Source of the DNA: Nitrospirae bacterium MYbin3
GTDB lineage: Bacteria; Nitrospirota; Thermodesulfovibrionia; Thermodesulfovibrionales; Dissulfurispiraceae
NCBI GenBank assembly: GCA_002753335.1
Contig: PEAD01000006.1
Location: 1-64,000, forward strand
Direction: 5' to 3'
Length of the DNA: 64,000 bases
Shown here: piece by piece, positions 1 to 7,767 of the stretch
How positions within the stretch are numbered: position 1 is the first letter of the stretch
How the letters are laid out: each line of letters starts with the position of its first letter
Program-made: the position numbers and the translations under genes
The notes under the pieces: generated by a model
The model's input: only the letters and a program-made list of their open reading frames with translations
What the model was told of the DNA's origin: nothing
Database searches by the model: none

Positions 1-110
1 AGGAGAAGCATGATTATAAGAAAGCTTCTGCTTAGAATCAGATACCTCTCTTTGATCGTAAGATTAGAATTATAAAAATTAAGGTACTTATCCCGCAAAT
101 TAAGTCCCAT
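1..110 (-). CDS. 5' part of a CDS running off the window edge (membrane protein, possibly a sensor kinase)
   Basis: Not in the ORF track. Minus strand has GGAGG, then ATG at 110 and an open frame MGLNLRDKYLNFYNSNLTIKERYLILSRSFLIIMLL to the edge, ending in a hydrophobic stretch. Confidence 0.6.
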   Translation of the reverse strand, partial: MGLNLRDKYLNFYNSNLTIKERYLILSRSFLIIMLL

Positions 111-125
111 ATTCAACCTCCGAGA

Positions 126-449
126 TTAAATAACCGCACCCGCATGCAAGCGTTCCTCAAGAACCAGTTGCAGCGCTTTTGATGATAAGCCTATGACCCT
201 GTCTATTACAACCACTTTTTTCCACACCAGATACTTAAAAAAAGAGTCTTCAATGCCTCCGCAGACCACTACGTCAATGTTTTCTTTTAGAATAAGGCTG
301 CAGAGTTCATCAGCAGAAGGTCCGGGTAATAGGACAGTGCGAGGCGCCGGTCCGGTTTTATCCTCATTGAACTGAGCGATCAGAACCTCTGTACAGAGAT
401 CAAATCTCGAGGCTATATAGTCAGCAGCCACTGTCACCAGTATTTTCAT
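126..449 (-). CDS. NifB/NifX (FeMo-cofactor-binding-like) family small protein
   Basis: 107 aa with 'IASRFD..EVLI' and 'IDVVVCGGI' patterns typical of the NifX-like fold; co-oriented downstream of the sigma54 activator. Confidence 0.7.
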   Translation of the reverse strand: MKILVTVAADYIASRFDLCTEVLIAQFNEDKTGPAPRTVLLPGPSADELCSLILKENIDVVVCGGIEDSFFKYLVWKKVVVIDRVIGLSSKALQLVLEERLHAGAVI

Positions 450-463
450 TCTATTATATTTGG

Positions 464-1852
464 TTATTCCAGTCCATAATGTTTAATCTTTCTCCATAGG
501 GTACTGCGACTCCAGCCGAGTTTCAGGGCTGCTTCGCTGCGGTTGCCTCCTGTTTCCATCATAGTTTCGAGTATCCTGCTCTTTTCTATCTCTGCCCAGC
601 TTGCGAATTTTTTCTTAGATGCACCAATTACTGTCGGTTCGTCGATGGCTTCAGAAAGCTGCTCTGTATTTTTTCTATCCTCGCCTGGAGATAAAATATA
701 AGAAGGAAGGTGCCCCATTTGAATGATAGTTCCCTGGCATATATTGACCGCGTGTTCGATAATATTGCGCAGTTCTCTCACATTGCCAGGATATTCATAG
801 CGCAAAAGATAATCGATTGAAGAACTCGCAAAACCCTTTATCTTCTTTCCCAGATTATTATTGAACTCTTTAAGAAAATGATTCATAAGCAGAAGCACAT
901 CGTCGCCCCTTTCCCTTAGGGCAGGCATATGCGCCCGCAGTACATTCAGGCGGTAATAAAGGTCTTCCCTGAATTTTCCTTCATCAAGGAGCTGCCTGAG
1001 ATCCCTGTGAGTGCCTGTAATCAGCCGTATGTCCGCTTTTATTTTTTTGGAACTACCCAGTGGATAAAATTCCTTATCATCAAGGACCGTAAGGAGCTTT
1101 ACCTGCAATTGCAGCGGCAGGTCCCCAATCTCGGTCAGAAAGAGCGTACCGCCCTGAGCTAGCCTGAACATGCCGGGCTTGTCTGCGTTGGCCCCGGTAA
1201 AGGCTCCGCGAACATGCCCGAAGAGTTCTGATTCAAGCAGGGTTTCTGGAATAGCCCCGCAGTTCACCTTTATAAAAGGGTACTTTGCCCTCTTTGAACT
1301 TTTATGTATGGCCTCTGCCAGCAGATCCTTGCCGGTGCCGGTTTCTCCTGTGATAAGGAGTGTGGCATCCGTATAAGCAAAGACGGGCAGAAGCTCTATA
1401 ATCTCCTGCAGTTTTGAACTGTTGCCGAGAAGGGCTTTTTTCTCCGGACTGCCTTGAAGTTTTATATCCATCTCTTTCAGCATTGATATATCTTCAATAA
1501 CCAGCAGCAAGTTGTCATCTGCGCTTTCCCTGCCTTTAAGCGGTGAAGCAGTAATGCGGACCGAAACTTTTTTGCGGTTGGCATCAATAACGCTTCCCTC
1601 AAGAATCAGGGGCCCACCTCCATTATTTAACGCCTTATTCAGCAATTCATCACAGTCAGTGCGAAGAGCATAATTGCATTGAATTCCCTGCACCTCATTT
1701 GTGGAATAGCCTGTCATAACTTCAAGAATTCTGTTCATGCGGAATATGCGAAGATCTTTATCAATAAGCGCTACACCATGCGGAATGCCATTAATAACAT
1801 CACTAACATCGACAGCATCTAACAAAAGCCCTTCTGATTCGTTTTGTTTCAT
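464..1852 (-). CDS. PAS-domain sigma54-dependent enhancer-binding protein (Fis-type HTH)
   Basis: N-terminal PAS, Walker A GETGTGKD, GAFTGA loop, variant Walker B FLTEIGD, FREDLYYRLNV, PGNVREL, C-terminal HTH 'AALKLGWSRSTLWRK'. Confidence 0.95.
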   Translation of the reverse strand: MKQNESEGLLLDAVDVSDVINGIPHGVALIDKDLRIFRMNRILEVMTGYSTNEVQGIQCNYALRTDCDELLNKALNNGGGPLILEGSVIDANRKKVSVRITASPLKGRESADDNLLLVIEDISMLKEMDIKLQGSPEKKALLGNSSKLQEIIELLPVFAYTDATLLITGETGTGKDLLAEAIHKSSKRAKYPFIKVNCGAIPETLLESELFGHVRGAFTGANADKPGMFRLAQGGTLFLTEIGDLPLQLQVKLLTVLDDKEFYPLGSSKKIKADIRLITGTHRDLRQLLDEGKFREDLYYRLNVLRAHMPALRERGDDVLLLMNHFLKEFNNNLGKKIKGFASSSIDYLLRYEYPGNVRELRNIIEHAVNICQGTIIQMGHLPSYILSPGEDRKNTEQLSEAIDEPTVIGASKKKFASWAEIEKSRILETMMETGGNRSEAALKLGWSRSTLWRKIKHYGLE

Positions 1853-2032
1853 TTTAAGTCAGTATACCAGTATCAAAACAAAAAGTCAATAATTATCTAT
1901 TTTAGCATTAAGAACATTCAGTTATCAAAAAAAATAGTTGTAATAGAACAGAATTAACAGTTAAGCGATACCAACATCCATGTCCCAAAGACCCATAAGC
2001 ATCTGGTCAGAATTCAATAAATCGTTCCCATT

Positions 2033-2049
2033 TGTTTCATTATGAGTCA
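2033..2049. promoter_or_regulatory. Candidate enhancer (UAS) for the divergent sigma54 activator
   Basis: Imperfect palindrome TGTTTCA-TTA-TGAGTCA about 65-80 bp upstream of the -24 box, with an IHF site in between. Confidence 0.45.
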
Positions 2050-2080
2050 ACAACATTTAAATACTTGCCTAGCAAATTGC

Positions 2081-2093
2081 TAACATATTGATT
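2081..2093. promoter_or_regulatory. IHF binding site
   Basis: TAACATATTGATT is the reverse complement of a full WATCAANNNNTTR match and lies just upstream of a sigma54 promoter. Confidence 0.65.
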
Positions 2094-2111
2094 TTATTGT
2101 ATTTTATTTCC

Positions 2112-2127
2112 TGGCATGGGTTTTGCT
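2112..2127 (+). promoter_or_regulatory. sigma54 (-24/-12) promoter
   Basis: TGGCATGGGTTTTGCT has GG-N10-GC spacing, lies 37 bp before the ATG at 2165, and is divergent from a sigma54 activator gene. Confidence 0.85.
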
Positions 2128-2164
2128 CTAACTAAAGCGCAAACAATTTTGAAGGAGGTCTTAA

Positions 2165-2467
2165 ATGAAACAGATATTCGACACATTCAGCAGTTGGATG
2201 AACGCTGTGACCTTTGCGGAGGCTGGTGAGTTTGAAACAGCAAGACAGATGATGCCTCCAGCCAAAAAGGAAGACAACAAGCTGACCTGGTTCGAAAAGA
2301 GTTTTATGTCAGTAACCTTTGCTGAAGCCGGACTGCATGAGGAGGCTGTCAAGATAATGAATATGCAACCGGTCAAAAACCATGAATCGTCAGATTTTCT
2401 CGAAACGATAGGCCTTAAGGGTATTCGCATAACCTACGGAATAATGCCGGCCCAAGCAATTTTGTAA
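2165..2467 (+). CDS. Small hypothetical protein with two 'VTFAEAG' repeats
   Basis: Strong RBS AAGGAGG; repeats AVTFAEAGEFETARQMM and SVTFAEAGLHEEAVKIM. Confidence 0.8.
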   Translation: MKQIFDTFSSWMNAVTFAEAGEFETARQMMPPAKKEDNKLTWFEKSFMSVTFAEAGLHEEAVKIMNMQPVKNHESSDFLETIGLKGIRITYGIMPAQAIL

Positions 2468-2482
2468 GGCAAAATTACGATT

Positions 2483-3037
2483 TTGCAAACTGTGGGAACT
2501 GCTGTTTTCCTAGAAACCGGCGATTACAATTTCGCTCAAACTCTTACAAAGACTCTTTTAAATTGGGGCTTGAGCGTATTCCATCACAACACCGAGCAAG
2601 ACGCGGTGGTGTTGATGGAACAAGAACAGATAGGCGTAGCTTTGCTTGATATAAGGATTTCTCCGGATGCTTCCCTAACACTATTGAAGCATATAAGGGA
2701 AAACCGGCCCGGTGCCGAGATAATCCTTATTAACAGCCACGACAACATCAGGGTGTCTATGGACGCCATGCAGGCAGGCGCAAACGATGAGATTATAGTG
2801 CCGTGTGACACAGGCATCTTGAAGAAAAAGATTGCCGAGGCGTTAAAACGCAGAAAAAAGCTTTTGCATAAGAAGAGAGGGCTGTCCTTTCTCGAAATGT
2901 TCAGCGAATCGATGTCAGCAGCAGCCTTTGCACAGGCAGGCGAATTTGATACCGCCATAGATTACATGAATGATGCCGGCAAATACTGTCCGGAACAGAC
3001 CGCTGACAAAAAGAAAAGTGTCAGAAAGCCCTATTAA
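2483..3037 (+). CDS. Degenerate receiver-domain protein with a C-terminal AAAFAQAGE motif
   Basis: CheY-like pattern 'VALLDI...LKHIRENRPGAEIILI...AMQAGA'; TTG start. Confidence 0.75.
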   Translation: MQTVGTAVFLETGDYNFAQTLTKTLLNWGLSVFHHNTEQDAVVLMEQEQIGVALLDIRISPDASLTLLKHIRENRPGAEIILINSHDNIRVSMDAMQAGANDEIIVPCDTGILKKKIAEALKRRKKLLHKKRGLSFLEMFSESMSAAAFAQAGEFDTAIDYMNDAGKYCPEQTADKKKSVRKPY

Positions 3038-3051
3038 ATCTGGAGGAATGC

Positions 3052-3498
3052 ATGAATGACATCAAAATTCTGTTAGTTGACGATGAGGAAGATTTTATCA
3101 GGACCCTCTCGGAGCGCCTTGAAATGAGAGATCTCAAGAGCAACACTGCATTTGACGGTGAACAGGCTATCAGCATTGTAAACGACCAGGAGCCGGACAT
3201 CATAATTCTTGACCTGAAGATGCCTGGCATTGACGGCATGGAAGTCCTGCGCAGGGTAAGGAAGTCTTATCCGAACATTCAGGTAATAATCCAGACCGGC
3301 CACGGCAATGACCTTGATGAGTCCGAAGCGCGTCAGCTCGGAGTTTTTGACTATCTGAAAAAGCCTGTGGATGTTGAGCTGCTTGTGGAGCGGATAAAAG
3401 CGGCCGCAAAGGCGATGAAACTGAAAGACAGCATGGCGGCAGCTGCTTTTGCTGAAGCAGGTGAGCATGATACGGCGCGCAAAATGATGAAAGGATAA
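3052..3498 (+). CDS. Response regulator (receiver only) with a C-terminal AAAFAEAGE motif
   Basis: LLVDDEE, LDLKMPG, TGHG and YLKKP all intact; RBS GGAGG. Confidence 0.92.
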   Translation: MNDIKILLVDDEEDFIRTLSERLEMRDLKSNTAFDGEQAISIVNDQEPDIIILDLKMPGIDGMEVLRRVRKSYPNIQVIIQTGHGNDLDESEARQLGVFDYLKKPVDVELLVERIKAAAKAMKLKDSMAAAAFAEAGEHDTARKMMKG

Positions 3499-3515
3499 GC
3501 AGGAGATTTTTATAG

Positions 3516-5192
3516 ATGAAAATCTGCAGCGGCACTGTAAGCCTGAAATCTCTTGAAATGAAATCAAGCGGCAGCTATTACGCGTGGCAAAAACAGCTTT
3601 TCGTGCTTGTTGTAATAGTTGTTTCTGTAGTGCCCTTGATAATAATAAGCTGGACAGCGTCCGACTACTACAAGAAATCATGGCTTCAAAAAACATCTCT
3701 TGAACTCTCAGGCCTTGCAGGCAGCAGAAAAGAGATAATTGACCTCTTCCTTAATAATCAGGAAAACCTACTGTCCGGCTTTACGAACCTCTACAGCCTT
3801 GAGTATCTGCGTGTTCAGAGAAACCTCGAAAAGCTGTTCAGGGCCATGAACAAAAGCGGGGTAATTGTTGACCTCGGGGTAATTGACCATAGAGGCCGCC
3901 ATCTGGCCTATGTCGGTCCATATAAGAGTCAGCTTGCGGACAAAAATTATGCTGCTGCGGAATGGTTTGGTGAGGTGATGCAGAGCGGCAGATATGTAAG
4001 TGATGTATTTAGCGGATACCGTAATGAGCCGCATTTTGTCGCGGCCGTCACAGACCCGGCAAAGTCGTGGATATTGCGGGCAACAATTAATTCTGAACTT
4101 TTTCATTCACTCCTTGCAAGCGCCGAGGTAGGTCCGGGTGGAGACGCTTATATAATTAACAGGGCAGGAGAGCTGCAGACACCCAGTCTGCTTGGAGCCA
4201 AAGCATTATCTGCTGAAGAGCTTGCGATGCTTATCTCCAAGAACGGGACTGCGGTACGCTTAACAGAAAAATATATTTATGCCACAGTACCGATAAATAA
4301 AGGCGATTGGACCCTTGTTCTTAAAACCGACATCAACACCTCCCTTGCTGAATTTTATATGGCCCGAAAGAGAGACATGCTTATCATTGCGGCAGCATCC
4401 CTTATCATCCTTGTAGTGGCGATACTGCTGGTCAGGTCTATGGTGAACAAGATAGAGGAGGCTGATAAAAAAAGGATGGCCATGAACAACCGTATGCGTC
4501 AGGTAGAAAAGATGGCGCTTATCGGAAGGCTCGCCGCCAGTGTCGCGCATGAGATTAACAACCCTCTGCAGATAATTACCACTCAAGCGGGCTGGGTAGA
4601 TGAGCTTCTTGATGATGAAGATAAGAAGCAGCTGAAAAATTATGATGAATACAGGGACTCCATCAACAAAATACGCGGGAATGTAAAAAGGGCCGGAGAA
4701 ATTACACATAGACTGCTCGGTTTCTCAAAATCAAATGGTTATGAACGAAAGGAAATAGACCTCAACCAGCTTATCGAGGATACCGCAGCCCTGCTTGCGA
4801 ATGAGGCAAAGGCGCACCGCATTACACTTCGTTATTTCTTTGAACAGAGCCTGATGCGTGTGATTACGGATGCCTCGCAGCTTCAGCAGGTGTTTCTTAA
4901 TATCCTGAACAATGCCATAGACGCTATAGGACAAGATGGTGTTATCAGCATATCAACCCGCAGCAATGGCGGGCATATAATAGCTGAGTTTGCTGATTCA
5001 GGCCCCGGTCTGTCTCCGGATTCGATAAAAAAGCTCTTTGATCCTTTTTATACCACCAAGTCGCCGGATAAGGGCACAGGACTGGGGCTGTCTATTTCTT
5101 TCAGCATTATGCAGCGGCTTGGTGGAGATATTAAAGCAGAAAACAGAAAGGAGGGGGGCAGCATATTCACGGTAATGCTGCCTGCATATTAA
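3516..5192 (+). CDS. Membrane sensor histidine kinase (Cache-like periplasmic domain)
   Basis: Two TM segments, H-box AHEINNPL, N-box LNNAIDA, DSGPG, FDPFYTTK, GTGLGL. True start may be the Met at 3558. Confidence 0.93.
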   Translation: MKICSGTVSLKSLEMKSSGSYYAWQKQLFVLVVIVVSVVPLIIISWTASDYYKKSWLQKTSLELSGLAGSRKEIIDLFLNNQENLLSGFTNLYSLEYLRVQRNLEKLFRAMNKSGVIVDLGVIDHRGRHLAYVGPYKSQLADKNYAAAEWFGEVMQSGRYVSDVFSGYRNEPHFVAAVTDPAKSWILRATINSELFHSLLASAEVGPGGDAYIINRAGELQTPSLLGAKALSAEELAMLISKNGTAVRLTEKYIYATVPINKGDWTLVLKTDINTSLAEFYMARKRDMLIIAAASLIILVVAILLVRSMVNKIEEADKKRMAMNNRMRQVEKMALIGRLAASVAHEINNPLQIITTQAGWVDELLDDEDKKQLKNYDEYRDSINKIRGNVKRAGEITHRLLGFSKSNGYERKEIDLNQLIEDTAALLANEAKAHRITLRYFFEQSLMRVITDASQLQQVFLNILNNAIDAIGQDGVISISTRSNGGHIIAEFADSGPGLSPDSIKKLFDPFYTTKSPDKGTGLGLSISFSIMQRLGGDIKAENRKEGGSIFTVMLPAY

Positions 5193-5654
5193 ATGGCAGG
5201 CACTATGAGTGCACAAATAAATAAGGACAGGATAGATGCAAATACAATTCCTTTGTCTAGCATTTTGGTTGTTGATGATGAGAAGGAGTTTATCCAAACA
5301 CTTCTCAAAAGACTTAGGCGCAGGGGGCTTCAATGCGAAGGTGTTTTCAGCGGGGAGGAGGCTATCTCAAAAATCAGCGCCAGAGAATTCGACGTAGTGC
5401 TGCTTGACATGAAACTTCCTGATATGGACGGCAATAGCACATTGGTTGAAATAAAAAAAATAAGGCCTGCCACCCGGGTAATCATTCTTACAGGACATGC
5501 ATCAGTAAATGAGGGGCTTGAAGGTATAAAGAACGGTGCTCTCGATTACCTTATGAAGCCTGTGGAATTTGAGTCTCTTTTTGAAAAGCTGCTTACAGCA
5601 GCCGGTATAACAAGTTGCTCTCAGAGTTCTCATGTCATTGACACGAGAAAATAA
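5193..5654 (+). CDS. Response regulator (receiver only)
   Basis: LVVDDEKE, LLDMKLP, LTGH, YLMKP. Confidence 0.9.
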   Translation: MAGTMSAQINKDRIDANTIPLSSILVVDDEKEFIQTLLKRLRRRGLQCEGVFSGEEAISKISAREFDVVLLDMKLPDMDGNSTLVEIKKIRPATRVIILTGHASVNEGLEGIKNGALDYLMKPVEFESLFEKLLTAAGITSCSQSSHVIDTRK

Positions 5655-5685
5655 TTAATCATATTCCCAAGGAGGAAACAACAAA

Positions 5686-6975
5686 ATGAGCTTTTTTAAG
5701 GAATTTGGGCATTTCATGATGATGGGTGCCCGAGCCCATGCAAAATGGGAACTCGACATGTCAAACCGTATCTTACGCGAACCCAAGCGGCTTGCCATAT
5801 TTGGACTGCTGCTTCTGCCGATAATAATGGGCGGCATAGCTTTTGCCGATGATGTTGCAGGAGCTCTTCCATCTGTGTTGGGAGGCAAGAACACTTATTG
5901 CCCTTCGTTTTACACCAACACCATATTCTTGGCTTCAATAGGCGTAGGCATTGCAGCAGGACTGATCACCGGATGCATCGGCGCTGGCGGCGGTTTCATC
6001 ATCGCACCCGCCCTTATGAGCGCTGGTGTCAAAGGTATTTTGGCCGTTGGCACGGACCTGTTCCATATCTTTGCAAAGGCGATTATGGGCAGTGTACTGC
6101 ACAGGAAGCTTGGCAACATCTCGGTTTCTCTCGCAGTGACCTTTTTGATAGGGTCTATAGGCGGAGCAACCCTAGGTGGGTATATAAACAGGACGCTCTA
6201 TGAACTTAATCCAGTATTAAGCGACGCTTTTATCACAAGCATATACGTCTTTATGCTCGGCTTTCTAAGTTTCTATTCCCTTATAGACTTCTTAAAATCG
6301 AGAAAACCCGCAACTGAACAGAGCAAAACAGAAGGACACAGTGTAAAGGCCGAAGAGTCTATGACAGGGCTGTCCCAGAAGATCCAGTCTATCAATCTTG
6401 CTCCGATGCTCCATTTTGATCAGGGCGTTGTGCCGGGCGGCAGAAAAATATCGGCTATTTTCCTTGTGCTGAGCGGGGCTCTGGTAGGACTTGCAGCTGC
6501 TATCATGGGTGTGGGCGGTGGCTTTCTGACCTTCCCTATATTCGTATATATGCTTGGAGTTTCATCAGCTACAACAGTCGGAACCGACATATTCCAGATA
6601 GTGTTTACCGCAGGGTATGCAGGTCTAGGCCAATATGCGATCTATGGATTTATCTTCTATACCCTTGCAATGGGCATGCTGCTTGGCTCACTTATCGGCA
6701 TCCAAGTTGGCTCTCTCGTTACCAAGGTGGTTCCCGGCTCAACAATTCGCGGCTTTTACGCTGTTGCGGTTATGGCCGGCTTTGTAAACAGGTTTTTTGC
6801 TTTGCCTGTCAAGCTCGGAAAGATGGATATCATAAGCATCTCGCCGGCAACCGGAAAGATCCTCGAGGATATAGGCATTTATGTTTTCTTTATTGTAATC
6901 AGCATATTTTCGATCTGGGTCTTCGGAACATTTTTCAAAAATATAAAACAACTTAAGAGTGAGGGGGCGCACTAA
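5686..6975 (+). CDS. TauE/SafE (TSUP) family sulfite/sulfur-compound transporter
   Basis: Duplicated GxGGG motifs (GCIGAGGGFI, IMGVGGGFL) and VGTD motifs; multiple TM segments; RBS AAGGAGG. Confidence 0.9.
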   Translation: MSFFKEFGHFMMMGARAHAKWELDMSNRILREPKRLAIFGLLLLPIIMGGIAFADDVAGALPSVLGGKNTYCPSFYTNTIFLASIGVGIAAGLITGCIGAGGGFIIAPALMSAGVKGILAVGTDLFHIFAKAIMGSVLHRKLGNISVSLAVTFLIGSIGGATLGGYINRTLYELNPVLSDAFITSIYVFMLGFLSFYSLIDFLKSRKPATEQSKTEGHSVKAEESMTGLSQKIQSINLAPMLHFDQGVVPGGRKISAIFLVLSGALVGLAAAIMGVGGGFLTFPIFVYMLGVSSATTVGTDIFQIVFTAGYAGLGQYAIYGFIFYTLAMGMLLGSLIGIQVGSLVTKVVPGSTIRGFYAVAVMAGFVNRFFALPVKLGKMDIISISPATGKILEDIGIYVFFIVISIFSIWVFGTFFKNIKQLKSEGAH

Positions 6976-7664
6976 TGATAGTGGACAAAAAAGAATTCGG
7001 ACTTGGAGTTGTGCTGTTTATAGCGTTCTGGGCAGTTTTTGTTGTCCTGCTTTCCCCTGTGTTTGAAGGGAAGAATCTGTTGGACTACATGGACAATCTG
7101 TATAACACTATTTCAAAAAAATCATCCTATTACATCCCGGCTGTAAAGAAAAAAGCTGCCGAATTCAAGGGACAGCAGGTTGAATTTTCGGTTCAGGCAA
7201 AAGACGCTGATCAGGCTGCCCGGATGGCGAAGCTCTTTGAAGCAGCAAAGGCTACAGCTATTGTTGAAGGCAAAAGCGTTAAAATCAGCGGTGATATGGG
7301 AATGATTTTTGATAATGTACTTGCTGATACCGATGCCATGTTTAATAACAATGGACAGGCGATCAACCAGAACAAATACGGGTATGACGAAAAGAAGGTT
7401 ATGTATGACTGGTGGAACGCCATGAAGTCGGCAGAAGCGAATATGAATAAAGAGGGGAAGTTTAAAGAAGGCAAGGTTTTTTATCAGATAATGACAAAGG
7501 CGATAGAACCTTCTTATAACTACTACGGTATTGTTGCCACAGACATAAAGGAAAAGGTCGTTATGGTTGTTATTTCTTTGGCAGGATACGTCATATATAC
7601 CATGTGGTACGGTTTTGCGATTCTCTTCATGTTTGAAGGCTGGGGCATGAAGCTTGAGCACTAG
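6975..7664 (+). CDS. Hypothetical membrane protein, translationally coupled TSUP partner
   Basis: TAATG overlap with the TSUP gene; N- and C-terminal TM helices flank a soluble region. Confidence 0.8.
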   Translation: MIVDKKEFGLGVVLFIAFWAVFVVLLSPVFEGKNLLDYMDNLYNTISKKSSYYIPAVKKKAAEFKGQQVEFSVQAKDADQAARMAKLFEAAKATAIVEGKSVKISGDMGMIFDNVLADTDAMFNNNGQAINQNKYGYDEKKVMYDWWNAMKSAEANMNKEGKFKEGKVFYQIMTKAIEPSYNYYGIVATDIKEKVVMVVISLAGYVIYTMWYGFAILFMFEGWGMKLEH

Positions 7665-7683
7665 GCCAAACGTTCTTTTTTAG

Positions 7684-7726
7684 AAAAACGGCAAGGCAGG
7701 GAGAGATTATCCGCCTTGCCGTTTTT
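7684..7726 (+). terminator. Probable intrinsic terminator or stem-loop inside the cluster
   Basis: AAAAACGGCAAGGC ... GCCTTGCCGTTTTT, 14-bp arms with a T tract, 20 bp after a stop codon. Confidence 0.7.
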
Positions 7727-7767
7727 ATTTGAGTTGATAAACTCAGGGAATAATTTTAATATCCATA

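Noticed and set aside
126..449. Nitrogen fixation locus suggested by the NifX-like and DraG-like genes
   Set aside because: No nifHDK or draT in the window, and both families are widespread outside diazotrophy.
3073..3696. Long antisense ORFs (also 10836..11489, 58719..59303, 60396..60959 and many others)
   Set aside because: Shadow frames of well-supported genes, with no RBS or recognisable motifs.
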